Notes: generated from the sequence alone by a model not told the origin. Shown: positions 1-9,750, counted from the stretch's first letter. The stretch: 64,000 nucleotides of DNA from an archaeon GW2011_AR10 (GCA_000830275.1 CP010424.1:622782-686781); one strand, 5' to 3'. Numbers and translations: made by a program.

Positions 1-57
1 TCTTGGAAAGAAATTGCAAGGCAGTACCAAAAACTTATTGAGGGAAAGAGGTAGGCA

Positions 58-507
58 ATGGAAATGCTTGGACAAATTTTTTTTAGGGTTTATTCGTTTT
101 TTGCAACAATTGGTTTTGGTGGAAAAGGAAACAACGTGATTGTTTTTCCTGGGGCAAAACTTTTGAACAAAAAAAACCTGTTTGTTGGCAGCAACGTTGT
201 TCTGGCTGATGCCTTCATTGACTCAACTGCAAAGGTTGAAATCCAAAACAACGTTTTTTTCGGCCACCAAGCAATGGTTTTGACTGCATCACACGATTTT
301 AGAAAGAAGGGAACTGAAAGGCAGAAAGCAGTCAATGCAAAACCCATCCTAATTAAGGAAGGAGCATGGATTGCTTCACGTGCAATAATTCTTTCAGGAG
401 TTACCATCGGAGAAAACTCTGTTGTTGGAGCAGGGGCGGTTGTTGCAAAAGACGTTCCAGCAAACTCGGTTGTTGTAAGCGAAAGCAAATTCAAGATAAT
501 CAAATAA
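58..507 (+). CDS. Hexapeptide-repeat (left-handed beta-helix) sugar O-acetyltransferase
   Basis: 149-aa ORF with imperfect hexapeptide repeats (VGSNVVLADAFI, IASRAIILSGVTIGENSVVGAGAVVAKDV) typical of LbH acyltransferases. In-frame TAG at 52-54 puts the N-terminus inside the window. Confidence 0.6.
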   Translation: MEMLGQIFFRVYSFFATIGFGGKGNNVIVFPGAKLLNKKNLFVGSNVVLADAFIDSTAKVEIQNNVFFGHQAMVLTASHDFRKKGTERQKAVNAKPILIKEGAWIASRAIILSGVTIGENSVVGAGAVVAKDVPANSVVVSESKFKIIK

Positions 508-514
508 AATTTAT

Positions 515-1291
515 TTACCTGCTTTTCCTTTCCAGCTCCCAAAGCTTCACATTCACCTGAAAGCGGTAGAATGCAAAAGTTGTTGCAAGAATTAAACCTT
601 CCAAACCATCAAGTATGCCCTTCCACCAAATCAAGCGGTAAAAAAAGCTGCCTACAGGATGAAAAATCAGTTTCAGCAGGCTGAATTTTTCCCCTTTCAT
701 TTTCCTTGCTTTTGCTTCAAGCGAAGAGTAATGGTTGAGTTTCTGCAGCAAATCCGAGAGGTCAGGGTAAGAAAAATGGATTATCTTGTTTTTCATTTTG
801 CCTTCAGTGCCGGCAATTTTTGCTTCCTCGTGAACAATTTGGTCGTATTTTGCATTTTTTCTCCTGAACAGGCGCATGTGGTAGTAACTTTCCCCACCAT
901 ATTTTAGTTCTTTTTTTCCGTAATGGTTTTTGTAAGGAATCCAGTAACCGTCAGCAGAATTCTTTGAGTTCACTGTTTCAACTATTTCCTGCGCAAGCTC
1001 TTTGGGACATATTTCGTCCGGGTCTGGAAAAAAAATCCACTCGTTTTTTGCTTTGGTTAGAGCAAAATTTCTCTGCGCTGCAAAATCAGAGAATTTTTTC
1101 CTGAAAACTTTTGCACCAAGCTTTTTTGCTATCTGCACTGTTTTGTCGAAGCTATGGGAGTCAACGACAATTATTTCGTCTGCAAAGCCCTTAACTGCTT
1201 CAATGCATTGCCCTACAAATTTTTCTTCGTTGAATGTGATAATGCAGACAGAAATTTTTGCCATGAACTCACTTCTTTGCAGCAATAACAA
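515..1291 (-). CDS. Family 2 glycosyltransferase (GT-A fold)
   Basis: N-terminal ISVCIITFNEE...VVDSHSFDKT matches the GT2 nucleotide-binding signature. The more likely start is the internal ATG ending at 1264 (MAKISVCII...); the track start at 1291 adds 9 residues. Confidence 0.7.
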   Translation of the reverse strand: MLLLQRSEFMAKISVCIITFNEEKFVGQCIEAVKGFADEIIVVDSHSFDKTVQIAKKLGAKVFRKKFSDFAAQRNFALTKAKNEWIFFPDPDEICPKELAQEIVETVNSKNSADGYWIPYKNHYGKKELKYGGESYYHMRLFRRKNAKYDQIVHEEAKIAGTEGKMKNKIIHFSYPDLSDLLQKLNHYSSLEAKARKMKGEKFSLLKLIFHPVGSFFYRLIWWKGILDGLEGLILATTFAFYRFQVNVKLWELERKSR

Positions 1292-2054
1292 TTATTGTGT
1301 CCCCTTCACGCCAATTAAGGAGAAACTGATAAAATATTTTGTCAAACAAAATAAAAGGGTTTAATGAAATCGGAAAAAAAGGCTTGTTGATTTTAACCTT
1401 TAAAACCCTGAAGCCGTTCCTTGAAAGCAGTGCAGGAAGGATTTTATGGCCGAAATGCCAGACATGCTCTTCTGGGTTAAGGTAAACCCAGTTCTGCTTT
1501 TTAATTCCAGCAAGCCTGCTCTCAAAGTCTGGAACGCCAATTACTACAACGCCTTTTTTGCGCAGAATGCGCTTTGCTTCTTTAAGCGCTGCAGCAGGTT
1601 CCTGAAAGTGCTCAAAGACATGGTTGAAGACAACCAAATCAAAGTAGCGCGGAGGAAAACCGCTGTCTTCAAACAGGGCTTCTTTAACTGCTTTTTTTCC
1701 AAGCGCTTTTTTTGCCTCTGCTGCAGCTATTCTGCTTGGCTCAACCCCTTTAACACTGTAACCGCTGCGTTCAGCCAGCTCAAGCAGGATGCCAACGCTG
1801 CAGCCAACATCCAATAGTTTTCCGCTCGGCTTGAATTTTTTCACTTCCTCCAGGAGCTCTTCCATGAATCCTTCAACTTTTTTTCTTTCCAGCAAATAAT
1901 TAAGGTGCTTTTCTTTTTCCCCCGCATAGTTTGGTTTTGGGACAGGAAAGGTTCTTGATATTCCACAAGAACTGCATTTTTCAATCGAGTGAGGCCCTTT
2001 CCTGAACAAAAGATGGTATGATGCTGAGCCACACACGCATTTTTCTTTGCTCAT
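1269..2054 (-). CDS. Class I SAM-dependent methyltransferase with N-terminal Cys4 zinc ribbon
   Basis: LLDVGCSVGILLELA is a SAM-binding motif I; N-terminal CVCGS...CSSCG is a zinc-ribbon pattern. Start chosen at the ATG ending at 2054 (MSKEK...); the track ORF runs to 2237 through the flippase gene. Confidence 0.7.
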   Translation of the reverse strand: MSKEKCVCGSASYHLLFRKGPHSIEKCSSCGISRTFPVPKPNYAGEKEKHLNYLLERKKVEGFMEELLEEVKKFKPSGKLLDVGCSVGILLELAERSGYSVKGVEPSRIAAAEAKKALGKKAVKEALFEDSGFPPRYFDLVVFNHVFEHFQEPAAALKEAKRILRKKGVVVIGVPDFESRLAGIKKQNWVYLNPEEHVWHFGHKILPALLSRNGFRVLKVKINKPFFPISLNPFILFDKIFYQFLLNWREGDTIIVIAAKK

Positions 2055-3499
2055 TGTGAAACCTTTTGCATGGTTTTTGGCAGCACCTGCTTGATTAGGG
2101 CTACATCGGTTTTGTCTATTATTCCGAGCGGATAAAGCGGAACAGCGTAAAACGCCACTGAAAGCAAAAACAAAAGTATGATGGGAGTATCTAATAGGAG
2201 CATGCCCATAATCAGAAATGCTGTGAATGCATTCCATAAAGCCGGCTTAAAAAGCGTTTCAGTGAGGTTGACTCGGAAAATGTTCGTTGAAAAAAAGTGA
2301 AATGCCAGAATGAAAAGCAATGCTTCTGACGCCAAGAAGGAAACGCTTGCGCCAAGCAGGCCAAACAAGGGGACAAGGTAAAAGTTTAACAGCAGGCCAA
2401 GCAATGCAATTACGCAGAAGATGGCTGCAACAGCCCTTTGCTTGTTCACTGCAAAAAGCGAGTAAAACAGGAGGCCGTTAAGGAAGCTGAGCGGGACAAT
2501 CCAGGAGATTACTCTCAGCACGGCCACTGATTCAAGGAATTCCACGCCGTAAATGAATAGAACAATTTTTTCTGCTGCGATGAACAAAAAAACGGCTATT
2601 GGCAGGCCAACAACAACCAATAGCTTGAAGGATTTCTCAAACAGTCTGAAGAACCTAACCTTATCAGCGTGAAATGAAACCGAGAGGGCAGGATAAATTG
2701 CTATCAGGAAGTTTGTCTGAATAACAATAAGCGATTCAACCAGCCTTTGCGATGCAGTGTAAAGCCCCACAACCGCGCTGCCAAAAAAATGTTCCAGGAA
2801 GAGGACATTGATTTTAGTGTAAACAAGCAGAAAAATTGTTATCAGCGCAAAAATGAATCCATCCAAGAGAAGTGAACGCCAAAGCTTGAAATCGATGTTC
2901 CACGAAAAGCGGGAGATTTTTGTAAGCACGAGGAAAACGCTTAAAATAAATGAAACGATGTTGGCAAAAAGGTAAACTATAACGACTTCGAGGAGGCCGA
3001 AACCTTGCAGCAGAACAAGCATGCCAAAAAGGAAAAAGATTATGCTTTGAATTATCACCACCAGTGACTCAAATTCCATTACTTCAAAGGACTGGAAATG
3101 GTAGCGGAAAACCTGGCTTAAGGAATTGATGAAGGATGCAAGCGCAACAATGTAAACAATTGTCTTTAGGTGCGGCGAATAATTGGAGTTTTCAATGAAC
3201 AGCACTAATACAAGTAAAGCTGCAATTACAAGCAGGAAGCGCAGCACTAAAACATTGCTCAAGTACTTCTGCACCCGTGATTTCTCTTTTGCAACATCCC
3301 TTATGACCAGGTTGGAAAAGCCAAACTCTGCAACTATTATAAAGAAGGATACAAGAATCAGCGCGAAGTTGTAGTTCCCAAAAGGCTCTGAGCCAAGGTT
3401 TCTTGCAACGAAAACCAGCAGCAGGAAAGTCAGGAACATTGAAATGATTCTTGCAGCTGTTAACGCAAAAGTGTTCCTGAAAACTGTTTTTACAACCAT
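2051..3499 (-). CDS. Polysaccharide biosynthesis protein / oligosaccharide flippase (Wzx-like, MOP superfamily)
   Basis: 482 aa, hydrophobic throughout with about 12-14 predicted helices; N-terminal FRNTFALTAARIISMFLTFLLLVFVARNLGSEPFGNY is typical of Wzx/RfbX flippases. Its stop overlaps the methyltransferase start by 4 bp (ATGA), implying coupling. Confidence 0.65.
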   Translation of the reverse strand: MVVKTVFRNTFALTAARIISMFLTFLLLVFVARNLGSEPFGNYNFALILVSFFIIVAEFGFSNLVIRDVAKEKSRVQKYLSNVLVLRFLLVIAALLVLVLFIENSNYSPHLKTIVYIVALASFINSLSQVFRYHFQSFEVMEFESLVVIIQSIIFFLFGMLVLLQGFGLLEVVIVYLFANIVSFILSVFLVLTKISRFSWNIDFKLWRSLLLDGFIFALITIFLLVYTKINVLFLEHFFGSAVVGLYTASQRLVESLIVIQTNFLIAIYPALSVSFHADKVRFFRLFEKSFKLLVVVGLPIAVFLFIAAEKIVLFIYGVEFLESVAVLRVISWIVPLSFLNGLLFYSLFAVNKQRAVAAIFCVIALLGLLLNFYLVPLFGLLGASVSFLASEALLFILAFHFFSTNIFRVNLTETLFKPALWNAFTAFLIMGMLLLDTPIILLFLLSVAFYAVPLYPLGIIDKTDVALIKQVLPKTMQKVSQ

Positions 3500-3737
3500 T
3501 GCTTATCACGCGGCCTTTCCAGCACAGCCAAGACATAGAAAAAGGTTGTTTTCACTTGCCAGTTGCAAAAGCAGTGCATGCTTTCCTTTAAGGAATTCTT
3601 CCAGCATACAAGTAAAAGGAGGGATGCCTAATAAAAATTTAAAGGCAGGATTTTTCACTGAATTTTTAGCCATCTAACTCAAACGAAATATTTAAATAGA
3701 ATAATATCTATATTGATGTAGAATTTTTGCTTGCCTA

Positions 3738-5678
3738 TTGATTAAAGGGGTAAAATGCATGGCTGAACTTCAAGAAATGCAGAAGAAAGGCATTATTCTT
3801 GCAATGGTGGCAGTCATCGTTGGGATTGTAATAATTGGAGGCCCGGCATCTGCATTTTATGTTGTTGGCACGCCAGTGTTAACGCACACGCCAGGAACGA
3901 AGGATGCCAATGTAACTGTTACAATTTACAAAGAGAGATATGAGGCAATTGGAGACATCAACGCCCAAATGTTCGGAATGAGCACTGACGGTGATGTTAC
4001 AAATGCAAAGGGCTTTGGTGCTGTAGGCACTGACGTAAACTGCTTTGCAGTGCCGGATGAGTATTATGCTTACACTGAACCATTAAGCCAGACTCCTTCA
4101 GCAAACCCTTCAACGACAACTGTTAGGAGCTATGCACCGTGGCAGAAAAGCGATGGAACCTATGACTACAACATTTTGGCTTACGGCTATGTTGGAAACA
4201 CTGGAACTTTTACTGCAGGGGACCCGGGCAGCGCTGCAAGGTTTTTGACTGCTAACCCAGGTGGGCTGACAGAAGCATACTATGGTTATGGATACAATTA
4301 TGCCGGGAAGTTCAATTGCAAATGGCAGTTCACAAACCTTCCTGATGCGGTTTACTTTGGGGTGAAAGTGTGGATTAATGGGTTTTTAATGAACACTAGA
4401 GGTTTTACCACTCAAGCCGATACTGTTCAGGGAGCAACAATTGGAGATGTAAACGCAATCTTTGCAATTAAAACATTTGCAACAAGCGGTGCAACTGACA
4501 TAAACTTTGTTGACGGCTCATCAAACAAAAAAATGTATTTGTCAATTCCTGCAAACGCAGTTAACAGCGGCTCAGGAAGCACTGTAACGAAAGGCTCTGA
4601 TTTTATAACAGTAGACATTAATATTGCTAGTGCAAGAGCTAATAGTGCTGCTGACATTACAAACGTTCCAAGGTTCAGGCTTGATTCAAATGTTGCAAGC
4701 CTTACATTTGATGGAAGCAACCAAGCAACCCTTGATTTGTTCTACACGGGCTTTTTCACTGATGCTCAAATACTATCATTTGGTACAGCATTTAATATTT
4801 GGAAATTGGGAACTAATGGAGCCTGGACAAAGATTACCAATGGAAGAGACATTAATACAGATATTGACAGAGTCAGAGTAATCATTGGAAGCTTTTCTGA
4901 ATGGGGTTTTGGTCAGGACACTTCAGCAGGAAGTGGAACAGGCGGAACAACAACTACCACTGGAAGCACTGGTGGAGCCGGTGAAGGTGGCGGAGGAGGC
5001 GGTGGAGGCGGAGAGCCAAGTGCCCCATCCGGTGTTACAAGCGTTATTGTAGGGGAAAGCAGTGAAACTTACACTCCCACTCCAGAGGAGATAATAGATG
5101 TTTTAACCAAGGCAGGAGTAAGCCAGGAACAGATTGAAAAAGCGCTGGAGGCTGCGGACAGCACTTCCATTACGAAGAGCCTGCAAGTGTTCAAAGAAAC
5201 AAACAATGCAACAGGAGAGGTAACTTATAGGACAGAATTCACGATAGTTGTTAGGAACACTTCAACTGACACGATTTTGGCGAATGTAAGGGTTGTTGAA
5301 ACAATTCCGAAGAGCGTTGCACAGAGCGCAAGCGAAATAAGTAGTTCTTACACTTACAGTGTGCTGGTTGCTGACCCGGTGCTAGAGTTTGAAGCGCCAA
5401 ACGTCAGGCCAGGACAAGAAATCAAAATAACTTACTCTGTTAACAAAAAGCTGGATGAATCGGTTCTTGGAGAGTTCGAACCAACGGCTGTTATTGCTGA
5501 TGAGAAGCCAATTAGTGCAGGGGAAGAGGAAGTTACGCCGCCAACAGGGGAAGTAATTGCCCCAACTCCAGGAGAGGGAGTTGAAAAGCCAACTGACTTG
5601 CTTGGAACGCTGCTGGTAATAGTAATAGTTATTGTCGCAATTGCGGCAGCATACACTTACTTCATGAAAAAGAAGTAA
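3738..5678 (+). CDS. Cell-surface protein with Gly/Thr-rich linker and C-terminal transmembrane anchor plus KKK tail
   Basis: 646 aa; N-terminal hydrophobic signal (ILAMVAVIVGIVIIGGPASA); internal linker GSGTGGTTTTTGSTGGAGEGGGGGGGGGEPSAPSG; C-terminus LLGTLLVIVIVIVAIAAAYTYFMKKK. Possible S-layer-like or sortase-substrate protein. True start may be an internal M (MAELQ at 3759). Confidence 0.55.
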   Translation: MIKGVKCMAELQEMQKKGIILAMVAVIVGIVIIGGPASAFYVVGTPVLTHTPGTKDANVTVTIYKERYEAIGDINAQMFGMSTDGDVTNAKGFGAVGTDVNCFAVPDEYYAYTEPLSQTPSANPSTTTVRSYAPWQKSDGTYDYNILAYGYVGNTGTFTAGDPGSAARFLTANPGGLTEAYYGYGYNYAGKFNCKWQFTNLPDAVYFGVKVWINGFLMNTRGFTTQADTVQGATIGDVNAIFAIKTFATSGATDINFVDGSSNKKMYLSIPANAVNSGSGSTVTKGSDFITVDINIASARANSAADITNVPRFRLDSNVASLTFDGSNQATLDLFYTGFFTDAQILSFGTAFNIWKLGTNGAWTKITNGRDINTDIDRVRVIIGSFSEWGFGQDTSAGSGTGGTTTTTGSTGGAGEGGGGGGGGGEPSAPSGVTSVIVGESSETYTPTPEEIIDVLTKAGVSQEQIEKALEAADSTSITKSLQVFKETNNATGEVTYRTEFTIVVRNTSTDTILANVRVVETIPKSVAQSASEISSSYTYSVLVADPVLEFEAPNVRPGQEIKITYSVNKKLDESVLGEFEPTAVIADEKPISAGEEEVTPPTGEVIAPTPGEGVEKPTDLLGTLLVIVIVIVAIAAAYTYFMKKK

Positions 5679-5689
5679 AACAAACGCCA

Positions 5690-5710
5690 TAGCAAACAGC
5701 AAATTAAAAA
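5690..5710 (+). promoter_or_regulatory. Half-site of the recurrent TAGCAAACAGC element (site D)
   Basis: TAGCAAACAGCAAATTAAAAA lies about 45 nt upstream of the 5755 start; it shares 18 nt with site C but has no second arm. Confidence 0.35.
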
Positions 5711-5754
5711 TTCTTTTTTCTTTTTGTTTTCCTTAAAGCGGAATACTTAATTAC

Positions 5755-6423
5755 TTGGTTGAACTACTTTATTTCATGGGAAACAGGATTGACAAAATTT
5801 ATTTCATAACGCATCCAGCATATACTACCGCAATTAGAAGCAAGCAAACCAGGAACACTGCTAACGAGGCAAGGCACTTCATTGAAACAGAACTGCACCC
5901 GGTCATTGAAAGGGCTGCGAAAGAGCCAAATTCAATTGTCGTTCTTGTTAAGAGCCCTTTTTCGCTTCCAATAAAAGGCCTTAGCAGGGAAATACAGAGT
6001 GCAATGAGACGGTCACTCAAAATCAGTGGGTCATGGCACAGGAAAGGCAACGCAGTTGAAAAAAGGTTTGCTAAGTTTGTTGAAGGAAAACTTGGAGTGA
6101 AGGCCATAATTTCTTCTGGCCATGTAGGCCTTAAAGCGCTTTCAAAGGATCCAGCAGATTTGATTATAGAAAAAGTTAAAGCTGAAATCAAGCGCAGAAA
6201 ATTTGAGTTAAGCAGGAATGCCTCTGTTGAAGGCTATGGGAGTTACAGGGAAATATGCGCCCATGATTTTCCGAACAAGTTCAGGGAAGCGCTTGGAATT
6301 ACCGGCAGGTTTGAGGTGAAGCGAGCCGGCAGCATTTCTTTTGTTACAGGGTACAGGAAGCTCCCGAGGCCACCCCACAATCAGCCAAAAAAACCCAAGC
6401 AACACGGCATTAGAAGGCGCTAG
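5755..6423 (+). CDS. Hypothetical protein (basic C-terminus)
   Basis: 222-aa ORF with no recognised motif; C-terminal PRPPHNQPKKPKQHGIRRR is strongly basic. Confidence 0.4.
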   Translation: MVELLYFMGNRIDKIYFITHPAYTTAIRSKQTRNTANEARHFIETELHPVIERAAKEPNSIVVLVKSPFSLPIKGLSREIQSAMRRSLKISGSWHRKGNAVEKRFAKFVEGKLGVKAIISSGHVGLKALSKDPADLIIEKVKAEIKRRKFELSRNASVEGYGSYREICAHDFPNKFREALGITGRFEVKRAGSISFVTGYRKLPRPPHNQPKKPKQHGIRRR

Positions 6424-6480
6424 TTTTATCCTTGTTTTCAGGAGGAAAAAGAAAGCCTTAAAAAAAGCACCAGACATATT

Positions 6481-6496
6481 TACGTCAATTGACGTA
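6481..6496. promoter_or_regulatory. Perfect 16-bp palindrome TACGTCAATTGACGTA upstream of the Tad-like ATPase
   Basis: Read directly from the sequence; about 185 nt upstream of the annotated TTG start at 6682. Confidence 0.3.
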
Positions 6497-6681
6497 TAAC
6501 TATTGGCGGTGTTTTTCTGGAAAAGCTGGAAAATCCTTCGGAAGCGAAGCTTAAAAGCCACGAAATTCTTGGCTGGGGCCTTTACCACTTTGACGAACCG
6601 ATTTCAAAGACACTAAGGAAGGGGAAGGAAGCCGAAATAGTTGAACGCGCTGACGGCAGCAAGCATTACATTATCAGGGCT

Positions 6682-8019
6682 TTGCCTGAGCTTTCAGTGC
6701 AGGAAGCGTGGCTTGTCAAAAACTTTCTCAGCGAGTTTGCTGAAGGAGCCTATGGCAAAGGAAATTCTGAGCCGATTGAAGTTGCACTTAAAAAATTTTG
6801 CGAGAAAAACTGGGTTGAGCTGGATGATGGGCAGCGAGAGTACTTGGTTAAAACGCTTCAATTGCTTGCCTTTGAATTCGGGTTCCTTTCAATCATCTTG
6901 GAAGACGACAACATAGAGGAAGTTGCGGTAATCGGCTTGCATAAACCGGTTTATGTTTTTGACAGAGCATTCGGCTGGATGAAAACCAATGCCTTTTATT
7001 CAAGCGAAGCAGCCGTTAAAAATGCAGCCAACAAAATGGCAAGGCAGATTGGCAGGCACTTAAGCCTCCAAAACCCAAAACTGAATGCAGTGCTGCCGAA
7101 CGGAAGCAGGCTGAATGCATGCATTGAGCCGGCAGCAATGCAGCCTGCAATCACAATAAGGAAGTTCAGGGAAAAACCTTTTACTCCAACAGAGCTTGTT
7201 GCCAACAGAACGATTTCAAGTGAAGCCATTGCTTTCCTGTGGGCGGCAATGCAGACTGACTGCTCCATGCTAGTGTGTGGCAACACTGGCAGCGGGAAAA
7301 CAAGCACACTGAACGCGCTTTTCTGTTTTGTTCCAAAAGAGGAGAGAATTATTGTAACAGAGGAAACCCCTGAAATAAACCTGCCGCACGAACACATGGT
7401 AAAGCTCGTAACTGTTCAAAACATTGGCATTGGCATGAGTGAACTCATCGAGAATACTTTAAGGATGAGGCCTGACAGGGTTGTTGTTGGTGAAATACGG
7501 AACAGGGAAGAAGTGAATGCATTCATTGACACTCTCCTTGCAGGGCAGGGAAAGGGCTGCTATGCTACTTTTCACGCCAGATCCGCGAAAGAAGCTGCGC
7601 TGAGAATGAAGAAGTTAGGAGTGATGGAAATGGATCTTGGGGCAGTTGACATTATTCTTGTTCAGAAAAGGTGGAATTCTGTCAGAGAAAAAAAGGTTTC
7701 AGCCGAAGGCCCATTTTCGCAAACCTTTTCCCAAAAGGTTTCAGCCGAAGTCAGGCGCATCACTGAAATTGTTGAGGTCAGCCATTCAGCTGAAGGGCTT
7801 GAGTTGCGCACACTGTTTGAATTTGACCACGAAAAAGGCATGCTTGTCAGAAAGAACAGGAGCTCAAAGGTGATGGAGAAAATGAAAATCACTTTCGGTT
7901 TAAATGAAAAGCAGTTGGGGAAGCTGTTGAAGCAAAGGGAGAAAAGGCTTCGCCTGCTGCAGGCAAAAGAGCCATCATTGAAGGAATTCTTCGAGGAAAT
8001 CAGCAATGAACCAGACTGA
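6682..8019 (+). CDS. Type IV filament / secretion ATPase (TadA/CpaF/VirB11 superfamily)
   Basis: Walker A CGNTGSGKTSTLNAL, Asp box IIVTEETPEI, Walker B/His box DRVVVGEIRNREE...TFHARSAKEA. The annotated start is TTG; the reading frame is open upstream back to 6493 without a canonical start, so the N-terminus is uncertain. Confidence 0.8.
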   Translation: MPELSVQEAWLVKNFLSEFAEGAYGKGNSEPIEVALKKFCEKNWVELDDGQREYLVKTLQLLAFEFGFLSIILEDDNIEEVAVIGLHKPVYVFDRAFGWMKTNAFYSSEAAVKNAANKMARQIGRHLSLQNPKLNAVLPNGSRLNACIEPAAMQPAITIRKFREKPFTPTELVANRTISSEAIAFLWAAMQTDCSMLVCGNTGSGKTSTLNALFCFVPKEERIIVTEETPEINLPHEHMVKLVTVQNIGIGMSELIENTLRMRPDRVVVGEIRNREEVNAFIDTLLAGQGKGCYATFHARSAKEAALRMKKLGVMEMDLGAVDIILVQKRWNSVREKKVSAEGPFSQTFSQKVSAEVRRITEIVEVSHSAEGLELRTLFEFDHEKGMLVRKNRSSKVMEKMKITFGLNEKQLGKLLKQREKRLRLLQAKEPSLKEFFEEISNEPD

Positions 8020-8809
8020 ATGGATTGAGAGAAAGTTGTCAAAAGACTTAATGGAAGCCGGAATGAAGGTAAATGAAAAGGAATATCTTTCAAATGCATT
8101 CAAGTTTTCTTTGATTGCAGCAATTTTTTTCTGGCTGGCTTGGAATCTTCTGTTCAATGAACTTTTTTTTGGGATTGCTGCAACTGCATTGTTCTTTCTT
8201 GCGTCTGTCTTGGTGTGGATTTACCTGCCTGAAGCAAAAAAGAGAAAGCGCGCTGCACTGATTGAAAGGGATCTGCCGTTTGCTTTAATGCAGATGAGTG
8301 TTGAGCTGAACGTAAATGTTCCCTTCGAAAAAAGCCTGGAAAGGCTCTCCAAAGGAGGCTATGGCTTGGTTTCAGGGGAGCTGGGAAAAGCAATTGGTGA
8401 GGTGAAAGAAAAAGGGGCTTCGCTCCAGGAGGCGTTTATTCATGCAAGTGAAAGGAACCACTCTCACATGTTCCGAAGGGCACTGGCTCATCTAACGCAG
8501 GTGTACGAGCAGGGAAACAGAATCAAGGGCGAGGGGCTGAGGAGCCTGGCCAGAGAAGAGCTCGCACGGCAGAGGGCTAAAAGCAAGGAATTTTCAGGCA
8601 AGTTGGTAACGTATTCCTTGATGTTTATTGCCTTGTCGGCAATAATTCCTGCCTTGTTTCAGGCATTTATTGTTGTTGGCTCCACTTTCATGGAGCTGAC
8701 GCTTTCACCGCTACAGGTGCTGCTCATTCCGGCGCTTGTTTTTCCACTGATTGATTTGGCGGTTTTGCAGCTCATAAGAAGCAAAACTCCAGAGTTCTTG
8801 AAAGGATGA
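8006..8809 (+). CDS. Type II secretion system F-domain platform protein (TadB-like half-platform)
   Basis: 267 aa; cytoplasmic T2SSF-type region (RDLPFALMQMSVELNVNVPFEKSLERLSK) flanked by transmembrane helices. Overlaps the ATPase gene by 14 bp. Confidence 0.6.
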   Translation: MNQTEWIERKLSKDLMEAGMKVNEKEYLSNAFKFSLIAAIFFWLAWNLLFNELFFGIAATALFFLASVLVWIYLPEAKKRKRAALIERDLPFALMQMSVELNVNVPFEKSLERLSKGGYGLVSGELGKAIGEVKEKGASLQEAFIHASERNHSHMFRRALAHLTQVYEQGNRIKGEGLRSLAREELARQRAKSKEFSGKLVTYSLMFIALSAIIPALFQAFIVVGSTFMELTLSPLQVLLIPALVFPLIDLAVLQLIRSKTPEFLKG

Positions 8810-8821
8810 GAGTGAAAGGAA

Positions 8822-9736
8822 ATGCTTGAGTTCTTTGAAGGCAGAGAATGGATGAAAGAATTTGAATCTGTTCTAAGGCAGAACAACTATGAAAAAGGGG
8901 TTAAGGGGTTTGTTAGGAGTGCAACAGTGCAGGGGGCAGTGCTTTTTCTTTTCACATTCAGCGCGCTACTGCTCACAGGACAAAATGAAGTATACATAAT
9001 TGTTTTTTCTTTTGCAGCTTTTCTCGCTCCAGGAACTCTGAATTACTTATTCCAGCTCTTTGTTTTCGATTTGAGGAGGAAAAAAATTGAGGAATTGGTT
9101 CCTGATTTGCTGCTGCAGGCATCAATGCTTCCAGCAGGCACATCGCTTGAAAAAGCAATAGAGCGTTTTTCAAAGGCAGACTACGGCGAACTCAGCAGGG
9201 AATTCAGGAGAGCGCATGAAAGCATATTGAGTGGTGCTTCGCCGGAAGAAGCACTGGAAAAAATGAACAATAGCAACAGGTCAAAAACACTGGAGAGAGC
9301 AGTAAACCTGATAGTGCAGGGAATAAATTCAGGGAGCGAGGCAAGCCACGTGTTCAAGGAAACCGCTGAAGACATCCTTGAAACAAACAGCATTCTCCGA
9401 GAGCGCTCCTCTTCAATGGTAGTGGAAAAATACACTCTGCTCCTAGGCGGGGGAATAATTGTGCCGTTAATTCTCGGCCTGCTGGTTGGAATGGTGCATG
9501 AATTGAACTTTAATTCGTTGGCGGAACTAGGAATTGGTCTGCCGACGGAGCAGCGCGAGGCAGTAATGCAGGCAGCACTGCTTGCAAATCAACTTTACTT
9601 GGTTGAGTATGCAATTATTGCGTCGGTTTTTGTGGCTTTCCAGGAATCTGATTCCAAGAAGGCATTGCTGTATGCTGCCGTGCTTCTGCCATTGAGCTTT
9701 ATCGCTTATCATGCGGGGCAGATGTTTGGCATTTGA
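8822..9736 (+). CDS. Type II secretion system F-domain platform protein (TadC-like half-platform)
   Basis: 304 aa; T2SSF-type region (VPDLLLQASMLPAGTSLEKAIERFSKADYGELSREFRRAHESIL) with N- and C-terminal transmembrane helices. Confidence 0.6.
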   Translation: MLEFFEGREWMKEFESVLRQNNYEKGVKGFVRSATVQGAVLFLFTFSALLLTGQNEVYIIVFSFAAFLAPGTLNYLFQLFVFDLRRKKIEELVPDLLLQASMLPAGTSLEKAIERFSKADYGELSREFRRAHESILSGASPEEALEKMNNSNRSKTLERAVNLIVQGINSGSEASHVFKETAEDILETNSILRERSSSMVVEKYTLLLGGGIIVPLILGLLVGMVHELNFNSLAELGIGLPTEQREAVMQAALLANQLYLVEYAIIASVFVAFQESDSKKALLYAAVLLPLSFIAYHAGQMFGI

Positions 9737-9750
9737 AAGCAGGACAAAAA

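Noticed and set aside
90-542. 150-aa minus-strand ORF overlapping the acetyltransferase
   Set aside because: The plus-strand frame carries the hexapeptide-repeat signature; the antisense frame has none.
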